From the NCBI RefSeq assembly GCF_963921235.1, contig NC_086105.1, positions 128,960,001 to 129,024,000 on the forward strand: DNA of 64,000 nucleotides, in the 5' to 3' direction. The position numbers and the translations under genes were made by a program. Below the pieces are notes generated by a model. The model was not told the DNA's origin. It did no database searches and saw only the letters and a program-made list of their open reading frames with translations. This stretch comes from Mobula hypostoma (Eukaryota). This document shows positions 1 to 12,880 of the stretch, one piece after another; positions within the stretch are counted from its first letter, which is position 1, and each line of letters starts with the position of its first letter.

Positions 1-475
1 CCATGATGAGGCCACACTCAGGTTGGAGGAGCAACATGTTATATTCCATCTGGGTAGCTTCTAACCTGATGACATGAATATTGATTTCTCCAACTGTCGG
101 TAATTGCCCCCCCTTCACCATTCCTCATTCCTATTTCCCTCTCTCACCTTATCTCCTTATCTGTCCATCACCTTCCCTTTTTTCCATGACCTTCTGTCCT
201 CTCCTATCAAATTCCCCCTTCTTCAGCCCTTTATCTCTTTCATAAATCAACTTCCCAGCCCTTCACTTCACCCCTGTTCCCCCCCCCAAGTTTCACCTAT
301 CACCTCCCACCCTGTACTTCTTCCTCCCCTCCCCCCACCATCTTAGTCTGATGCCTTTCCCCTTTCTTTCCAGTCATGGTGAAGGGTCTCGGCCAGAAAC
401 ATCGACTGTTTACTCTTTTCCATAGATGCTGTCTGACTTGTTGAGTTCCTCCAACATTTTGTGTGTGCTCCTTGA
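1..475 (+). mobile_element. Penelope-like element 3' fragment (GIY-YIG endonuclease C-terminus plus pseudo-LTR)
   Basis: Translates as HDEATLRLEEQHVIFHLGSF*PDDMNIDFSN, followed by a pyrimidine-rich tract and a degenerate hammerhead-like motif at 371-408. Confidence 0.75.
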
Positions 476-874
476 CTGCAAGTTGTCTGCACCCTGCCAA
501 GCCAGAACACTGGTCAACCTTTTGAATGCCTGAACTATATGCGCCATCGTGATGACAATCTGCCAACGAAATCTGAGGCACTGTATCAGAAGTGGCAAAT
601 CCCACTATTCTGGTTCATGCAAATGTCAAGAAATGAATATCAACGCCTTGCTAGACTATTTCATTGAAGGAAGTAAGCAAATCTTGCATTTCCAAAGTTG
701 TTGCCACATGTGGTACAAATACCAAGCACAATGGATGTGGCAATTTAGAATTACTCTATATATGAAAGATATAACAGGTAAATCTTTAAGCATTTTTAAA
801 CAGAATGAGTTAAGTCCTATATTAAAAAGAGATCTCTAACATATCAAAAAGTAATTACATATTGGATCCCTTAC

Positions 875-1169
875 CTACAAAAACAATGGACTCTTTCCCC
901 ACTGGTGGACCATAAACCCCCTTCTTCCGCCTGTCCAGTTTGGACATTATAATATCTTGGGTTTGATTGGCTGTGGTTCTGGCAGAGAAGCTGATGCAGT
1001 TGGGAATGTAAAGCTCTTTGGGCAGCTGCACAAGGAAGCTGTTAGTAATTGCAGATTTGCCTGTGCCAGTGGGACCCAACAGCAGCAAAGGTACTTTGTG
1101 TGATATAAAAACATCCAAGAAAAAGATCTGCCGAGCAGTTTCCATGGTAGGGATAATCAGATCTGAAAC
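875..1169 (-). CDS. DNAH3: DNAH3 exon 34, AAA3 P-loop (VSDLIIPT...GPTGTGKS...SIVFV)
   Basis: tacag| / |gtaag, 295 nt, phase 0->1. Confidence 0.94.
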
Positions 1170-1651
1170 CTGTAAATCAATATACATTTGAAGAATTAAA
1201 AAAACAATGCTATGGATATATTTTAGAAGGCAAGACATTATAGTGTTCAGATTTTTGTTTGTGTCCCAAAACAATAATCTTTTATTACAATTTCTTATCG
1301 CTGGGTACATTGTATACCTGGAGGATCAAAGCTACTGGACAATACAAGGGCTGATGTTTCGAAGGCAAGGGGACAAGGAAATGATAAACGGCCAGAGCTT
1401 TCTCCTGCTTAGAATACAGGATCGTACCCCAAACTTAAATACATTTTCCAAAAAAAATTCAAGACTAAGTCACCATTTCCTTTTTAAACAGAGACCTTAA
1501 GAAAATTTCTGAAAGGTTAGAATGCTGAACCATTCAGGATTAGCTACAGGTAGAATTCATGAGTGCAAGATGGATAAATATTTTATCTTAATATTAGATC
1601 AAAAGAAAGGTCTAAATATTAATGGCAAAAATAAATAAGCCATTTATGAGA

Positions 1652-1766
1652 AATTCTGCAGACCCAAAGCAACACACACAAAATGCCGGAGGAACTCAGC
1701 AGGTCAGACAGCATCTACGGAAATGAATAAACAGTGGATGTTTCAAGCTGAGACCCTTTTTCAGGG
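1652..1766 (-). mobile_element. Penelope pseudo-LTR, left arm of inverted pair (mate at 3311-3412)
   Basis: Reverse complement aligns to 3311-3412; both share the variant CCCTGAAAAAGGG. Confidence 0.75.
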
Positions 1767-1767
1767 G

Positions 1768-3303
1768 TTCAAAGGTTCGAGGTCCTTTTATTATCAAAAT
1801 ATGTATCTATATACAACTCTGAGATTCTCCTTCTCCAGATAGCCACAAAACAATGAAAGTCATTCAGAGAGAAACATCAACCACCACCCGCACAAAAAAG
1901 AACAGCGTCCCAATCATCAACCTCCAAACCCCCCAGCTCCTGCATAAAACAGAACAAGAACATCGACCCCCAAAAACTCCCTCACCTTGCACAGCAAAAT
2001 GGAAAAGGAACAGGCGAAAAACACAGAATATAAATGCCATAAGTCAGAAAAGTCCACAGTCCATAAACACAATAGCCCTAAGGTACAAAGGTTCATTTTA
2101 TTGTCAAAGCATGAATGTACAATACATCTCTTGATATTCATCTTCTCAAGATAGCCATGAAATACGGAAAAACCATGGGAGTTGTTGAAACAAAAACTCG
2201 CAAACCCCGAAGTCCCGCACCCTCTCCCCCGCAGAAAAAACAACAACAATAGCAACAAATCCCCAACCCCCTCAGGGAAAAAACAGTAACAATAACAATG
2301 CCTGACCCCTTCACTCACAAAAAAGAACAATGACAATAGAATCAAAATCCCCGACCACCTACTCATAAAAAAAATTAACAGATCACCACCCTCCAATCGG
2401 CCACAAGAAAAACAATGAAAAACTAAAGGACAGTCCGATAATCACATAAATCTCAGAATATCGAAATCTGTCAGCACATGAGGAGAGTGGTTGCATGAAC
2501 TCAGTCCTTCCACGAAGGGTGAGTGCCACACCAGGTCCGAACGCTGCCAACCCGGCCGCTGACTGTCATCGCCCCCGTTGACAGCCATTGCTGACTCCCT
2601 CCGCATTTACCTCGATGCTTCAATCTTCCTCGCCACAGCGAGATGGAGTTGTTCATAGCCCCGTGCCGTGTCTCTGGTCTCCTCTACGAGTCAGCTCGTC
2701 TTCTCAATCCTTTTTGGGTGCCTGTCTCTGACCTTCTCCACAAGGCTGCTCTTTGGACACAGAATACTGGATCATTCCATCGAACTCCAAACTGCATGTC
2801 ACAGGATTCAATCCATACATGCAGAACCACGGTAACATCCTCCAACATCACTGACATCATCGAAAGAGAGGGACACCACACGAATGCAGCAGACAGGCCT
2901 ACCAGCCTGCCACATCGAGGCACTCACAGGCCACTCACAGACTTCTCCTCCAGCAGTGATCAAAAGGCAGGCAGTCGGCACTGAATTCTCACTTGCCTTC
3001 CACAATCGCCTCGATGTTTCAATCTTCCTCAACGCTTTAATCAACGAAATAGAATCAAACATCGGCTCGTGCCCCATCTCTAAGCTTCCTCACATTGAGG
3101 CAGTCCAAGTACACGTCCGCTTCCCAGAATCTACTCTGAGCCAGCAAAGTGCTGGATCACTCAATCGCTCTCCAAACTGTAATCTGCAGGCTCTAACAGT
3201 TCCAGAAACACATTTAAGATGAAAAACAGACATAGAAGAAGTGAAGCAGACATTTTTATGGAAGATGTCGACCGAGGAAGTGTTGTATGCTGACGCCATC
3301 TTG
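1768..3303 (-). mobile_element. Non-autonomous non-LTR retroelement(s) with internal duplications
   Basis: Minus strand begins CAAGATGGCGTC (YY1-type LINE 5' motif). Two LINE-like 3' tails at about 1770 and 2080. Duplicated block about 2590-2670 vs 2980-3090. No credible ORF. Confidence 0.5.
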
Positions 3304-3310
3304 ACTCAAG

Positions 3311-3412
3311 CCCTGAAAAAGGGTTTCAGCCTGAAATATTGACTGTTTATTCATTTCCACAGATGCTGCCTGACCTGCTGAGTTGCTCCAGCATTTTGTG
3401 TGTGTTGATTTT
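3311..3412 (+). mobile_element. Penelope pseudo-LTR, right arm of inverted pair
   Basis: AGATGCTGCCTGACCTGCTGAGTT..CCAGCATTTTGTGTG family signature. Confidence 0.75.
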
Positions 3413-3581
3413 CATTTGATATTTGGTAATGGGGGAGAGAGCTTTGCTAGTACATCTCGGAAAGCAAGAGACCACACATTCATGGAAACAATTATCAAAT
3501 ATTATACTGATCTCAGCCTAGGAAGAGCACAACAATTAAACACAAGTAACAGAGACAGAAACTCCTGCTACAAAGTCAAAC

Positions 3582-3682
3582 CTTGGCTCCAGCAGGAATT
3601 TCTTTTTCTTTGGTGATATAATCAGTCCATAGATGCCACTGTCCACTACCAGCTTTTTTGAAGTAGTAATCATAGACAGTTC
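3582..3682 (-). CDS. DNAH3: DNAH3 exon 33 (GTVYDYYFKK...IPAGAK)
   Basis: tgcag| / |gtttg, 101 nt, phase 1->0; follows an 87-nt intron. Confidence 0.92.
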
Positions 3683-3769
3683 CTGCACCAAGATGAGAAT
3701 AATGTGGATTAATTGCATTAATTATAGCTCTTGTAATACCTTTAAGCTTTGATTTGGTTCAAGTCTAAC

Positions 3770-4006
3770 CTCTTTCAGGAAAGATGTTGTTTTTTGTCAG
3801 TTTGACACTCTTGGGCCGAGGATTATTGTCATCCATTCCCAATATCAAATTCCGGAAGAAAGCGTCAAATTTCTTCCGGCTTTCCCCGCTGATGGTGGCG
3901 CCGACAGTCCACACGGTAGCAAAGAGGAATAGACCTTGCAGCCAGAGGGTGATTTGCTGACTCGACATTTCTTCGCTATCCCCCTGTCCCGAATGAGCTA
4001 TTTCAC
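3770..4006 (-). CDS. DNAH3: DNAH3 exon 32 (EIAHSG...KLTKNNIFPER)
   Basis: tctag| / |gttag, 237 nt, phase 1->1. Confidence 0.92.
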
Positions 4007-4464
4007 CTAGAGATTAGAAGAAGACAGACTCACAGTTAGCAACATCCATCACTGAAGCTGGAACTGGCTGAATCACAAATGCAATGAAAGACAAAAAATC
4101 CTCCTTAAATTTAGTGGAGGTGACTTCTTGTCCTAGGTCTCCTCAGGATCCTAACTGGTAGCTAGATATTCATTATTTGGGTTCCTTGTGCACAGCTGTT
4201 GTCAGCATTATATCGAATAAAGGGCACAGAAAGATCATACAACTCAGCTAGTCCAGGCCATGCTAATGCTCCAGTTTAGCCTTCTCTCGTACTTCCTCAT
4301 CTAAATATCACAGCGTCACCCTTGATTCCCTTCTCCTTTGCATGCTTTCCTGCCTCCCTACATAAAACTGATTATATATAATATAATACTGACAATAATA
4401 CTTATATAACACTATAACAACTATAATACTGGCCCCACTAAATATTATAATACACTGTAACACT

Positions 4465-5380
4465 TAGACTACTGCTCCACACTCATGAATCTGTGGCTAG
4501 GCACACCTCAAGCATCATCTACATATTCACCAATGACTCCACTGTTGACAGCATCTCAGACGGCGACAAGGAGTCGTACAGGAGTGAGACAGATCAGCTG
4601 GTTAAGTGGTGCCATAGCAACAACCTTGCATTCAACATCAGCAAGATTAAGGATTTGGTTGTAGATTTCAGGCAGAGGAAGATAGGAGGGTACACACCAA
4701 TCTTCGTTGAAAGGTCAGTGGTGGAAAGGGGGGTAGGTGGGGCATCAAAATCTCAGAGGATCTGTCCTGCCCTAACATAATCCAGGTGGCATGTCAGTGT
4801 CTATAATCCATCTGGCACTTGGGGAGACTTACAGACTCCATCAAATTTCTACAGATGTGCTGCCTGGTTGAGGCTCCAGTGCATCGCTGGATGGGGTTAT
4901 AGAGGCTCCAATGCATCACTGGATTGGGGGGGGGGGGGGGGGAGGCTCCAATGCATCACTAGATGGGGCTATAGAGGCTCCAATGCATCACCAGATGGAG
5001 GTATAGAGGCTCCAATGCATAGCATCAAAAGAGGATGCAAGACCAGCCAGCTCCAACACGGGCACAAGCCTCCCCACGTCTACGAAAGACAATGCCCCAA
5101 GAAGGTGGCTTCAATCATGAAAGACCCTCATCATCCAGAAAATCCCCTCTTCCCATACTATCACCAGTGAGAAGATAGAGCAGCACGAAGACCCAGACTC
5201 AGTGTTTTAGGAATAGCCTCTTCCACTCTGTCATCAAATTTCTGATGATCTATGAACACTATCTCCTTATCTTGTTCACCATTTATTTAATATAACACAG
5301 TAATTTTTATGTCTTGCTCTGTATTGCTGCCACAAAACAAATTTCATGACATATATCAGTGATAATAAACCCGATTCTAA
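4465..5380 (+). mobile_element. Decayed Rex-Babar-like LINE 3' fragment
   Basis: Remnants FTNDSTV (FADD equivalent), WCHSNNLAFNISKIKDLVVDFR and IMKDPHHP; AATAAA tail. Confidence 0.7.
4870..5020 (+). repeat. 32-bp tandem repeat x4.5 with a G17 run
   Basis: GAGGCTCCAATGCATC starts at 4870, 4902, 4942, 4974 and 5006. Confidence 0.85.
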
Positions 5381-5823
5381 TCAATTAGTGAACACATTTT
5401 AGATACTTTTCTAGCAGTTCAATTGCAAAGAGTTCTTCACAACTGAAAACTGGTTTCCTGGAGTGGAATGTGATAAAAGTTATTTCATGTCATGGGTATT
5501 TAACCAGGTATCAATCACACTTGCAACCCTGATGTGATTTCTACATCAGGGTGCCCAGGCAGTATATCCATTCTCATCTGTGCCCAAGGCTTGAGTCATA
5601 GGTCAATGTGCAAAAACATTACAGGCTGTTGGTATACTCATGTGCAGGTGTCCCCTAGATTCTCTAAAAAATATAATCTTTACTCACGTTTCTGAAATCC
5701 AGTAATTTGTTAGGTTTTGTTAAAAAGTTCTGAACAACTGATCTCTTTGCATCTCGCTAGGGTTATACTTTAGCACAATTACTAAAATATTGTGGCCTAC
5801 ACTGCCAAAATATTAATCGGACA

Positions 5824-5980
5824 GATAGAAAATAGAACAGTACAGCATAATTCAGGCCCTTCGGCCAATGATGTTGTACCAACCCTTTAACCTACTCTGA
5901 GATCTATCTAAACCTTCTCTCCCACATAACCTTCCATTTTTCTTTCATCCATCTGCCCAAGAGTCTCTTAAATGTCTCTA
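5824..5980 (-). mobile_element. CR1-like LINE 3' end
   Basis: Typical 3' tail (TTCTAT)n on minus strand with AGGCCCTTCGGCC stem. Confidence 0.6.
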
Positions 5981-6042
5981 CTTCAGATTCAAAGAAACCA
6001 GTTGTAGAAAAGCAATAGGAATCAGACAACCTAATCACTTAC

Positions 6043-6172
6043 CCAATAAACAAGTATAGAGCCTCATCATACTGCTAGCCAGGTGCATCGGAGAGGTCTG
6101 CACGAAAAACTTGCAATGTAGCCGGGTAAAATCCAAACTTGGTTGTATCAGCCAGTGGAACATGTCATTGAT
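6043..6172 (-). CDS. DNAH3: DNAH3 exon 31 (INDMFHWLIQP...LYTCLL)
   Basis: tttag| / |gtaagt, 130 nt, phase 0->1. Confidence 0.92.
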
Positions 6173-6304
6173 CTAAAAACAAAGCAAGTCAGATGCCTAC
6201 CTGAATAATTTTATTATGATTTAGAGAATCATCAAATCATTCTCCAATGACCTAGCAAATTTTCCCGAGAAGATCAGTAAATACTTGATTTCACAGTGCA
6301 CAAA

Positions 6305-7777
6305 ACTTTGATTATGCCATATCTGGTCACTGCATTACAGGCAGGATGTGGACACCTTGGAGAGGATGCAGAAGAGGTTCACTAGGATGTTGCTCTGTTT
6401 AGAGAGTATTTTAACAAAGGGAGGTTGGACAAACCTGGATTGTTTTAAGACCATACGATATAGAAACAGAAGTGGTCCATCGAGTCTGCTCAGCCATTCA
6501 GTCATGGCTGATCCAATTCTTCCTGTCATCCCCACTCCCCTGCCTTCTCCCCAAACCCTTTGATGCCCTGGCTAATGAAGAACCTATCTATCTCTGCCTT
6601 AAATGCATCCAATGACTTGGCCTCCACAGCTACTTGTGGCAACAAATTCCACAGATTTACTACCCTCTGACTAAAGTAATTTCTCTGCATCTCTCCTCTA
6701 AATGGACATCCTTCAATTCTGAAGTCGTGCCCTCTTGTCCTGGAATCCCCTACCATGGGAAATAACTCTAATCTGTTCAGGCCTTTCAACATTCTGAATG
6801 TTTCTATGAGATCCCCCCTCATTCTCCTGAACTCCAGGGAATACAGCCCAAGAGCTGCCAGACATTCCTCATATGGTAACCCTTCATTCCTGGAATCATT
6901 CTTGTGAATCTTCTCTGAACCCTCTCCAATGTCAGAATATCCTTTCTAAAATAAGAAACCAAAAACTGCACACAATACTCCAAGTGTGGTCTCATGAGTG
7001 CTTTATAGAGCCTCAACATCACATCCCTGCTCTTATATTCTATACCTCTAGAAATGAATGCCAACATTGCATTCGCCTTCTTCACCACCGACTTAACCTG
7101 GAGGTTAACCTTTAGGGTATCCTGCACAAGGACTCCCAAGTCTCTTTGCACCTCTGCATTTTGAATTCTCTCCCCATCTAAATAATAGTCTGCCCATTTA
7201 TTTCTTTCACCAAAGTGCATGACCATACACTTTCCAATATTGTATTTCATTTGCCACTTCTTTGCCCATTCCCCTAAACTATCTAAGTCTCTCTATTTCC
7301 TCAACACTACCCGCTCCTCCACCTACCTTTGCATCATCGGCAAATTTAGCCACAAATCCATTAATCCCATAGTCCAAATCATTGACATACACGGTAAAAA
7401 GGATGTATCTCTGATCTCTGGAGCATCAGAGGAAGAGAGGCGACCTGATAAAAATTATCGGAGGCATGGGCAGGGTAGATAGGAAGAGTCCTTTTTCCCA
7501 GGATGGAAATGTCAAATACTAACGAGCCAAGATTTAACGTGAGAGGGGCAATGTGTAAAGGAGATTTATGAGGCAAGTTTTCTACCTGCACTGCCAGGGG
7601 AATTACTGGAAGCTGATATAACAACATTTAAAAGACATTTGGACAGGCACATGACCAGGGAGGGAATAGAGGGGTACAGCCTTTGTGCAGGCAGATGAGC
7701 TTATTAGATTAACATGTTCAGTGAAGACATCTTGGGCCAAAGGGGATGTTCCTGTGTTGTACTCTTCTATGTTCTAT
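6305..7777 (+). mobile_element. Older CR1 LINE 3' fragment split by a younger CR1 (pieces about 6305-6447 and 7402-7777)
   Basis: LERMQKRFTRML before the insertion, RGDL-like segment after it, (TTCTATG) tail at about 7770. Confidence 0.7.
6449..7390 (-). mobile_element. CR1 LINE, 5'-truncated RT C-terminus plus 3' UTR
   Basis: ORFs 6819-7250 and 6526-6822: RDLGVLV, LYKALMRPHLEYCVQF, RGDLIETF, RTRGH; one frameshift. Confidence 0.9.
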
Positions 7778-8354
7778 AGGGCTGTGAACTAAGTTAAGGG
7801 GAGTAGGATTAGGCTGATTGATTCATTTTCATGGGCAGATTTGCCTCCTTCTCTACTATAAATCGCTGATTTCATCCCATGATGTTTGCAGTGATGAAGA
7901 TCAGAAATGCAAGTATTGATCTCCCTTGAATTGGCTATGTTTCAGCTAGTCTGCAATAGGGATGCTGCAATTAGCCTCAATTCTCCTGGGTTAGGAAAGG
8001 AAAATGAATTAGGGATTCTACTCTTGATTATTAACGTGATCATTTATATAGGTAAATGTTGTGACGGGACTAGGTTAGGCTGACCTGTCCACCACCCCTC
8101 AGCTACACAGGCTGCCAACACTTACTGTCAGGGCTTTCACGAAAAAGCACTAACATCACAGTCAAAGTCAAGGATGCACAAGTATGTGTTTGCGCAAACC
8201 AATCTTACTTGCAGCAGCATCACAGGCACGTATAAGCAGCTTTCATAATTAAATCATAAACATAAATAAAACACTTATAACAAGAACGAACACCATTACA
8301 AGAAATCATATTGTTCCGAAAATCTAGTGATCAGGGTTGTCTGTGCCAACTGAT

Positions 8355-8974
8355 GTGATTGATAAGTTCGTGGCCTAAGGTAGACGGCGTCAATTTTAGA
8401 AAACCTAGCACATCTTTTTTTCAGCATAGTCTCCTCCAACATTTACACACTTAGTCCAGCGGTCGTGAAACATATGGATCCTTTCTTTGTAGAAGTGGTC
8501 CACAGCAGGGGTGATTGATAAGTTTGTGGCCTAAGGTAGAAGAAGATGAGTTATTAACTTCAAACTTTCTGCGTTATCACTCAAAGAATTGAACTGCACG
8601 TGCATGTCATGAGAGCATCTTGGACCGCCAAGTGGTCCACAGCAGGGGTGATTGATAAGTTCATGGCCTAATGTAGAAGGAGATGAGTTATACAGCTCTC
8701 ATTACATGCACATGCAGTTCAACGCTTTGAGTGAAAATGCAGAAAGTTTGAAATTAATAACTCAACTCCTTCTACCTTGGGCCACGAACTTATCAATCAT
8801 CCCTGCTGTGGACCACTTTCTGGAGGTCCAAGACGCCAACCTCTACAAAGAAGGGATCCGTATGCTCCACGACCGCTGGACTAAGTGTGTAAATGTAGGG
8901 AAAATAAATGTGCTAGGTTTTCTAAAATTGACTCCTTCTACCTTAGGCCACAACTTTATCAATCACCCCTCGTA
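8355..8974. mobile_element. Non-autonomous mariner-derived fold-back element
   Basis: Long inverted ends, right end ...ATCACCCCTCG-TA; mariner transposase C-terminus YKEGIRMLHDRWTKCVNV present in both orientations. Confidence 0.8.
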
Positions 8975-9179
8975 TATGGGTTTGTTGACTTGTATATGTG
9001 AGGACTAGGCATCAAGTTGCAGGGTCATGAGGTGAGGGGGTATGAACAACAGGACTCTTTTATTCCGTGAATGTGTTCTTGTGTGTGACCGTTAGCAATG
9101 TGCCTTACCACCAGGACCTTGTAGTAACGCTGTCTTGTTTGGCTGCGTTCATGAGTATTCGTGCAAGGTTGAATGACAA

Positions 9180-9430
9180 TTAAACTTGAACTGAATTGAG
9201 TTAAAGGGAAGTAGCTGTTCTTCAACTTGGTGGTGTGGGACTTCAGATCTGTACCTCCTATCAATTGGATGGTAAGAAGATAGAATGGCCTGGAAAGTGG
9301 GGATCTTTGATGATGGATGCAGCCTTCTTGAAGTAGCAACTCCTGAAGATACTATCAGTGATAGGAAGGTGTATACCAGTGATGTTCGAGCAGACTTCTG
9401 CTCTCTGCAGCTTCTTACATTCCTGCACAC
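9180..9430 (-). mobile_element. Rex-Babar-like LINE 3' fragment
   Basis: Frameshifted remnants such as HTTKLKNSYFP. Confidence 0.6.
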
Positions 9431-9676
9431 TTCATTTATAACCAACCACACAGGGGAAGGTATTGAATTTTGTAATTAGAGGTTTAGTCATGTGCACAGA
9501 GAGAATTGCCACAAACAGAAGAAAGTAAAGGAGTAAGAAAATGAACCTTAGAATATGAGTAACATTTTAAACTTCAACATCTGTCCATATTGTCATCAGT
9601 AACAGTGAATACAACTTGGCCACATTTTCCCTATGTTCATTGTTTGAAGTATAAACTTCCAAAACCAAAGACTTAC

Positions 9677-9782
9677 CAGTTCTTTATGTTCGGCAGTAAT
9701 AGTCGGTGGTAGAGTATCCATATAAGAATCTTTCAGGGGTGCCCAACCGAGCTGATGGGGTTCCAGGTATATCATACCACAC
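9677..9782 (-). CDS. DNAH3: DNAH3 exon 30 (CGMIYLEPHQLGW...EHKEL)
   Basis: aacag| / |gtaagt, 106 nt, phase 2->0; follows a 90-nt intron. Confidence 0.94.
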
Positions 9783-9872
9783 CTGTTAAAAAGAAGTTCC
9801 CAATTCAGCACGTGCAAAGCAAATGTACCTTGTGCTAACTGCTGAGCTTTTGATAATGTCCACAATTAATAC

Positions 9873-9973
9873 CTGCTGACTGTAGCCGGCGAAGCCTGTT
9901 CCAGATCTGCTGGCTCAAATATTAAATTCATTTTAGGACTCATCTGGATAATTTCTCCACTCATTAAGCACAA
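9873..9973 (-). CDS. DNAH3: DNAH3 exon 29 (LCLMSGEII...ASPATVS)
   Basis: tacag| / |gtatt, 101 nt, phase 0->2. Confidence 0.94.
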
Positions 9974-10677
9974 CTGTAAGACAGACGCCACATAAACAAG
10001 TATGAGGGAATCAAAGGCCAAAAGCATTTCATTGTGTTAAATATTACTATATCATATGATGGGGATGAAAAAAGGGAGCAGACAACATAAAAGTAGGGGA
10101 GCATCTAGGTAATAGGGACTATAATATACAGCTCTCCCAAGGCATGTTGCTGATCGGCCAGAATCTTGTTGAATAGTACAGCAGATTTCAATATCTATAT
10201 TGGCACATTCTCACACATGGTTCTCCCATTCAAATCACAGACCAAATACTCCAGAGATTTTTACCAGTTTACTCTCCAGCCACCCAAGTTCACTGGTGTT
10301 AAGTAGCAAGGGATGAAGATGAGAGCAGGGGAATATGCTGGGCTCCCTAGGGCACAATCTCACAATTGATTCTGGTGCCATCAGTTAGTAGAAGGCCAGA
10401 AGGATAGGCCAGATGAATATGTGCACATGGATAGGCTGGATCATTGGGATCCTTTTCTTTAAGAAAGAAATCATTGGAGGATTTTAGAAAAAAAAAAAGT
10501 ATCCAGAGTGTGGTAAGAGGGTGAAACATGACAGTTCTACGAAACAGGAAGGATGAATATGAAGCATAGATTTTGGCATGAATTTGTTGTGTCAAATAAC
10601 CGGTTTCTTTATGCTCTACAGATCTCAATGTAATTTTTGAACAAGTATTTCATACATTTATTTTAAAAATCACCTAC

Positions 10678-10919
10678 TTTCTTGTTATCATCTAATACAG
10701 TGTTCATATTTTCAATCCAAACAGCATCAACAGGTCCATCAAATATAATCCACTTTCTTGCATCGGTGACAGAAGTTGCTTGAGCTCGAAAAGTTGTGGC
10801 GAGAACCCCATCTGTCCATTCGTGGCTTATATTATCAAAGCACCCATAGAGCTGGCCCATGGTTATAGCCTTGGGATTTATTATACAGTACTCAACAGAA
10901 TACTCATCCATTAACTTGG
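10678..10919 (-). CDS. DNAH3: DNAH3 exon 28 (KLMDEY...[22 protein letters not shown])
   Basis: tgaag| / |gtagg, 242 nt, phase 1->0. Confidence 0.94.
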
Positions 10920-11654
10920 CTTCAAAGGAAACAGATGAAACATTATTCAAAATAACACGTCTACTAAATTAAAGTTTATATTCTTGTTTCAGTTTAGCAC
11001 AATTTGTTTTTAATTTTCTATCTAAGAGCGGTGCAAAGTTCCAACTAGCCCTCCAGCCATCATGACTCTTACTTACCAATACCATTGCCAAGATCTATTT
11101 ATGTTGAGTGTGCATTCCAACTATGTTATGTTTTAGAAATACATTCTTTCAAGGTGTGAAATGCAATACAAGTTAATAGATGAGAAGGATAGAAGGACTC
11201 CATATGCCATGCACTGATAGAAATTCAGCTCTTTGCAATGAATTCTTATCATATCATAAAATGTTCAGAAACTACTTACAATGGAGTTTTCTCTGGTGAA
11301 TTTTTTCAGCACATTAGTGGTGAATTTAATTGTGGAATTCAAAAAAATCAAGAATATTTATCAAACAATATATCCCTACCTAATGTGTCTAGGCCAAAAT
11401 TTTGAACCCACTATAAAAAAGAATTTTTTTCCCTAATTTATTCAGACTGACCCATTAGTCTGACCTTTTCCTTTGCCCTATTAAAATCTGTGACATATTT
11501 GATATCAGCAGATACGTTGGCCAGATCACATTGTTTTGATGTTTTAATGAACATATTAAAAACAACTTGATTTTATGACATCAAAAATATTCCACACAGA
11601 AGCTAATATGATTAATATGGCTTGTTTAACAATCGCGTAGTGTCAGCATTAATA

Positions 11655-12112
11655 TAGACTCAGTGGCCACTTTGTTATTGACCTCCTGTACCTAACAGTG
11701 GCCACGGATTGTATGTTCATGGTCTTCTGCTGCTGTAGCCCATCCACTTTAAGGTTCGACATGCTGTGCATTCAGAGATGCTCTTCTGCACACCACCGTC
11801 GTAACGCGTGGTTATTTGTGTCACTGTCACCTTCCTGTCAGCTTGAACCAGTCTGGCTATTCTCCTCTGACCTCTTTCATTAATCAGGCATTTTTGCCAC
11901 TCAGTGGGCGATTCTTGCTTTTCACACCATTCTCAATAAACTCTAGGCTAGAGACTATTGTGCATGAAAATCCTAGGGGATCAGCAAATCACCCCGTCTG
12001 GCACTAAAGTCACTTCAATCACATTCCTCCCCTGTTCTGATGTTTGGTCTGATCAACAACTGAACCTCTTGGCCATATCTGCGAGTTTTTATGCATTGAG
12101 TTGCTGCCACAT
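11655..12112. mobile_element. Tc1-derived non-autonomous element, one end truncated
   Basis: TA-(g)ACTCAGTGGCCACTTT terminus with internal repeats of CAGTGGCCAC; resembles fish Tc1 MITEs. Confidence 0.55.
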
Positions 12113-12880
12113 TGTAGTAATTACATGATGAAGCAAATAAAAATGACAGTCACAAATACTCCAGAATTATTAAAAAACCCTAAACATTCCACCTGCTGCC
12201 TACCTCCACACCAAACTCTCAATAACCAAAAATGGTCTCAGCCTTTCCTATTTCTTAGCTTCCACAGATGCCAAGTCATGAGTTTCATAATGCTGACTAA
12301 TATTCTCTTTTAGTAGTCAAATGTCATTGTGTTAACAACAGTATCTGGCTAGAAAGTTCCAAGAACCTAATTGTACATTGCTGCTTTTAAATCCACCCAA
12401 ATGTTTATTTGGTACAAATAACTGCATTTTTATTTGAAAGAGGTGGAAATTCCTTGATATGCTGGAGTCTCTATATCCAGACATTGTAAGTGCGCTTAGA
12501 CAAAAAGTTTCAAATGAAGAAACACACAATATTAACTTTGTGACAGCTAAAAGTAGGACATACTAATTTGCAGCAGGTATAGGCCACCCGGCTCCTCCTG
12601 CCATTTAATAAGATCATGGCTGATCAGATTGTCATCTCAGCCCGGCATACTGATCTACCGCAGTAACCTTTCACCACCTTGTTTATCAAGAATCCATCTG
12701 CTACTGCCTTGAATAATCAAAGCTCTGCTTTCACTTCCCTTTGAAGAAGGGTTCCAAAAAATATATTGAAAAAATATATTTAAACCTCTGACCAAAATGG
12801 GGAACCTACTATTTTCACAGAGTGGCCAATAGTTGTGGGCTCTCCCTTGAGAAGAGGTATCTTCTACACATCCACATTCA

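Noticed and set aside
1300-1440. Possible extra DNAH3 exon between exons 33 and 34
   Set aside because: PAGAK|VSDLIIPT already joins in phase 0; this segment has no dynein similarity
4870-5020. Short regularly spaced repeats
   Set aside because: Simple tandem duplication inside a decayed LINE
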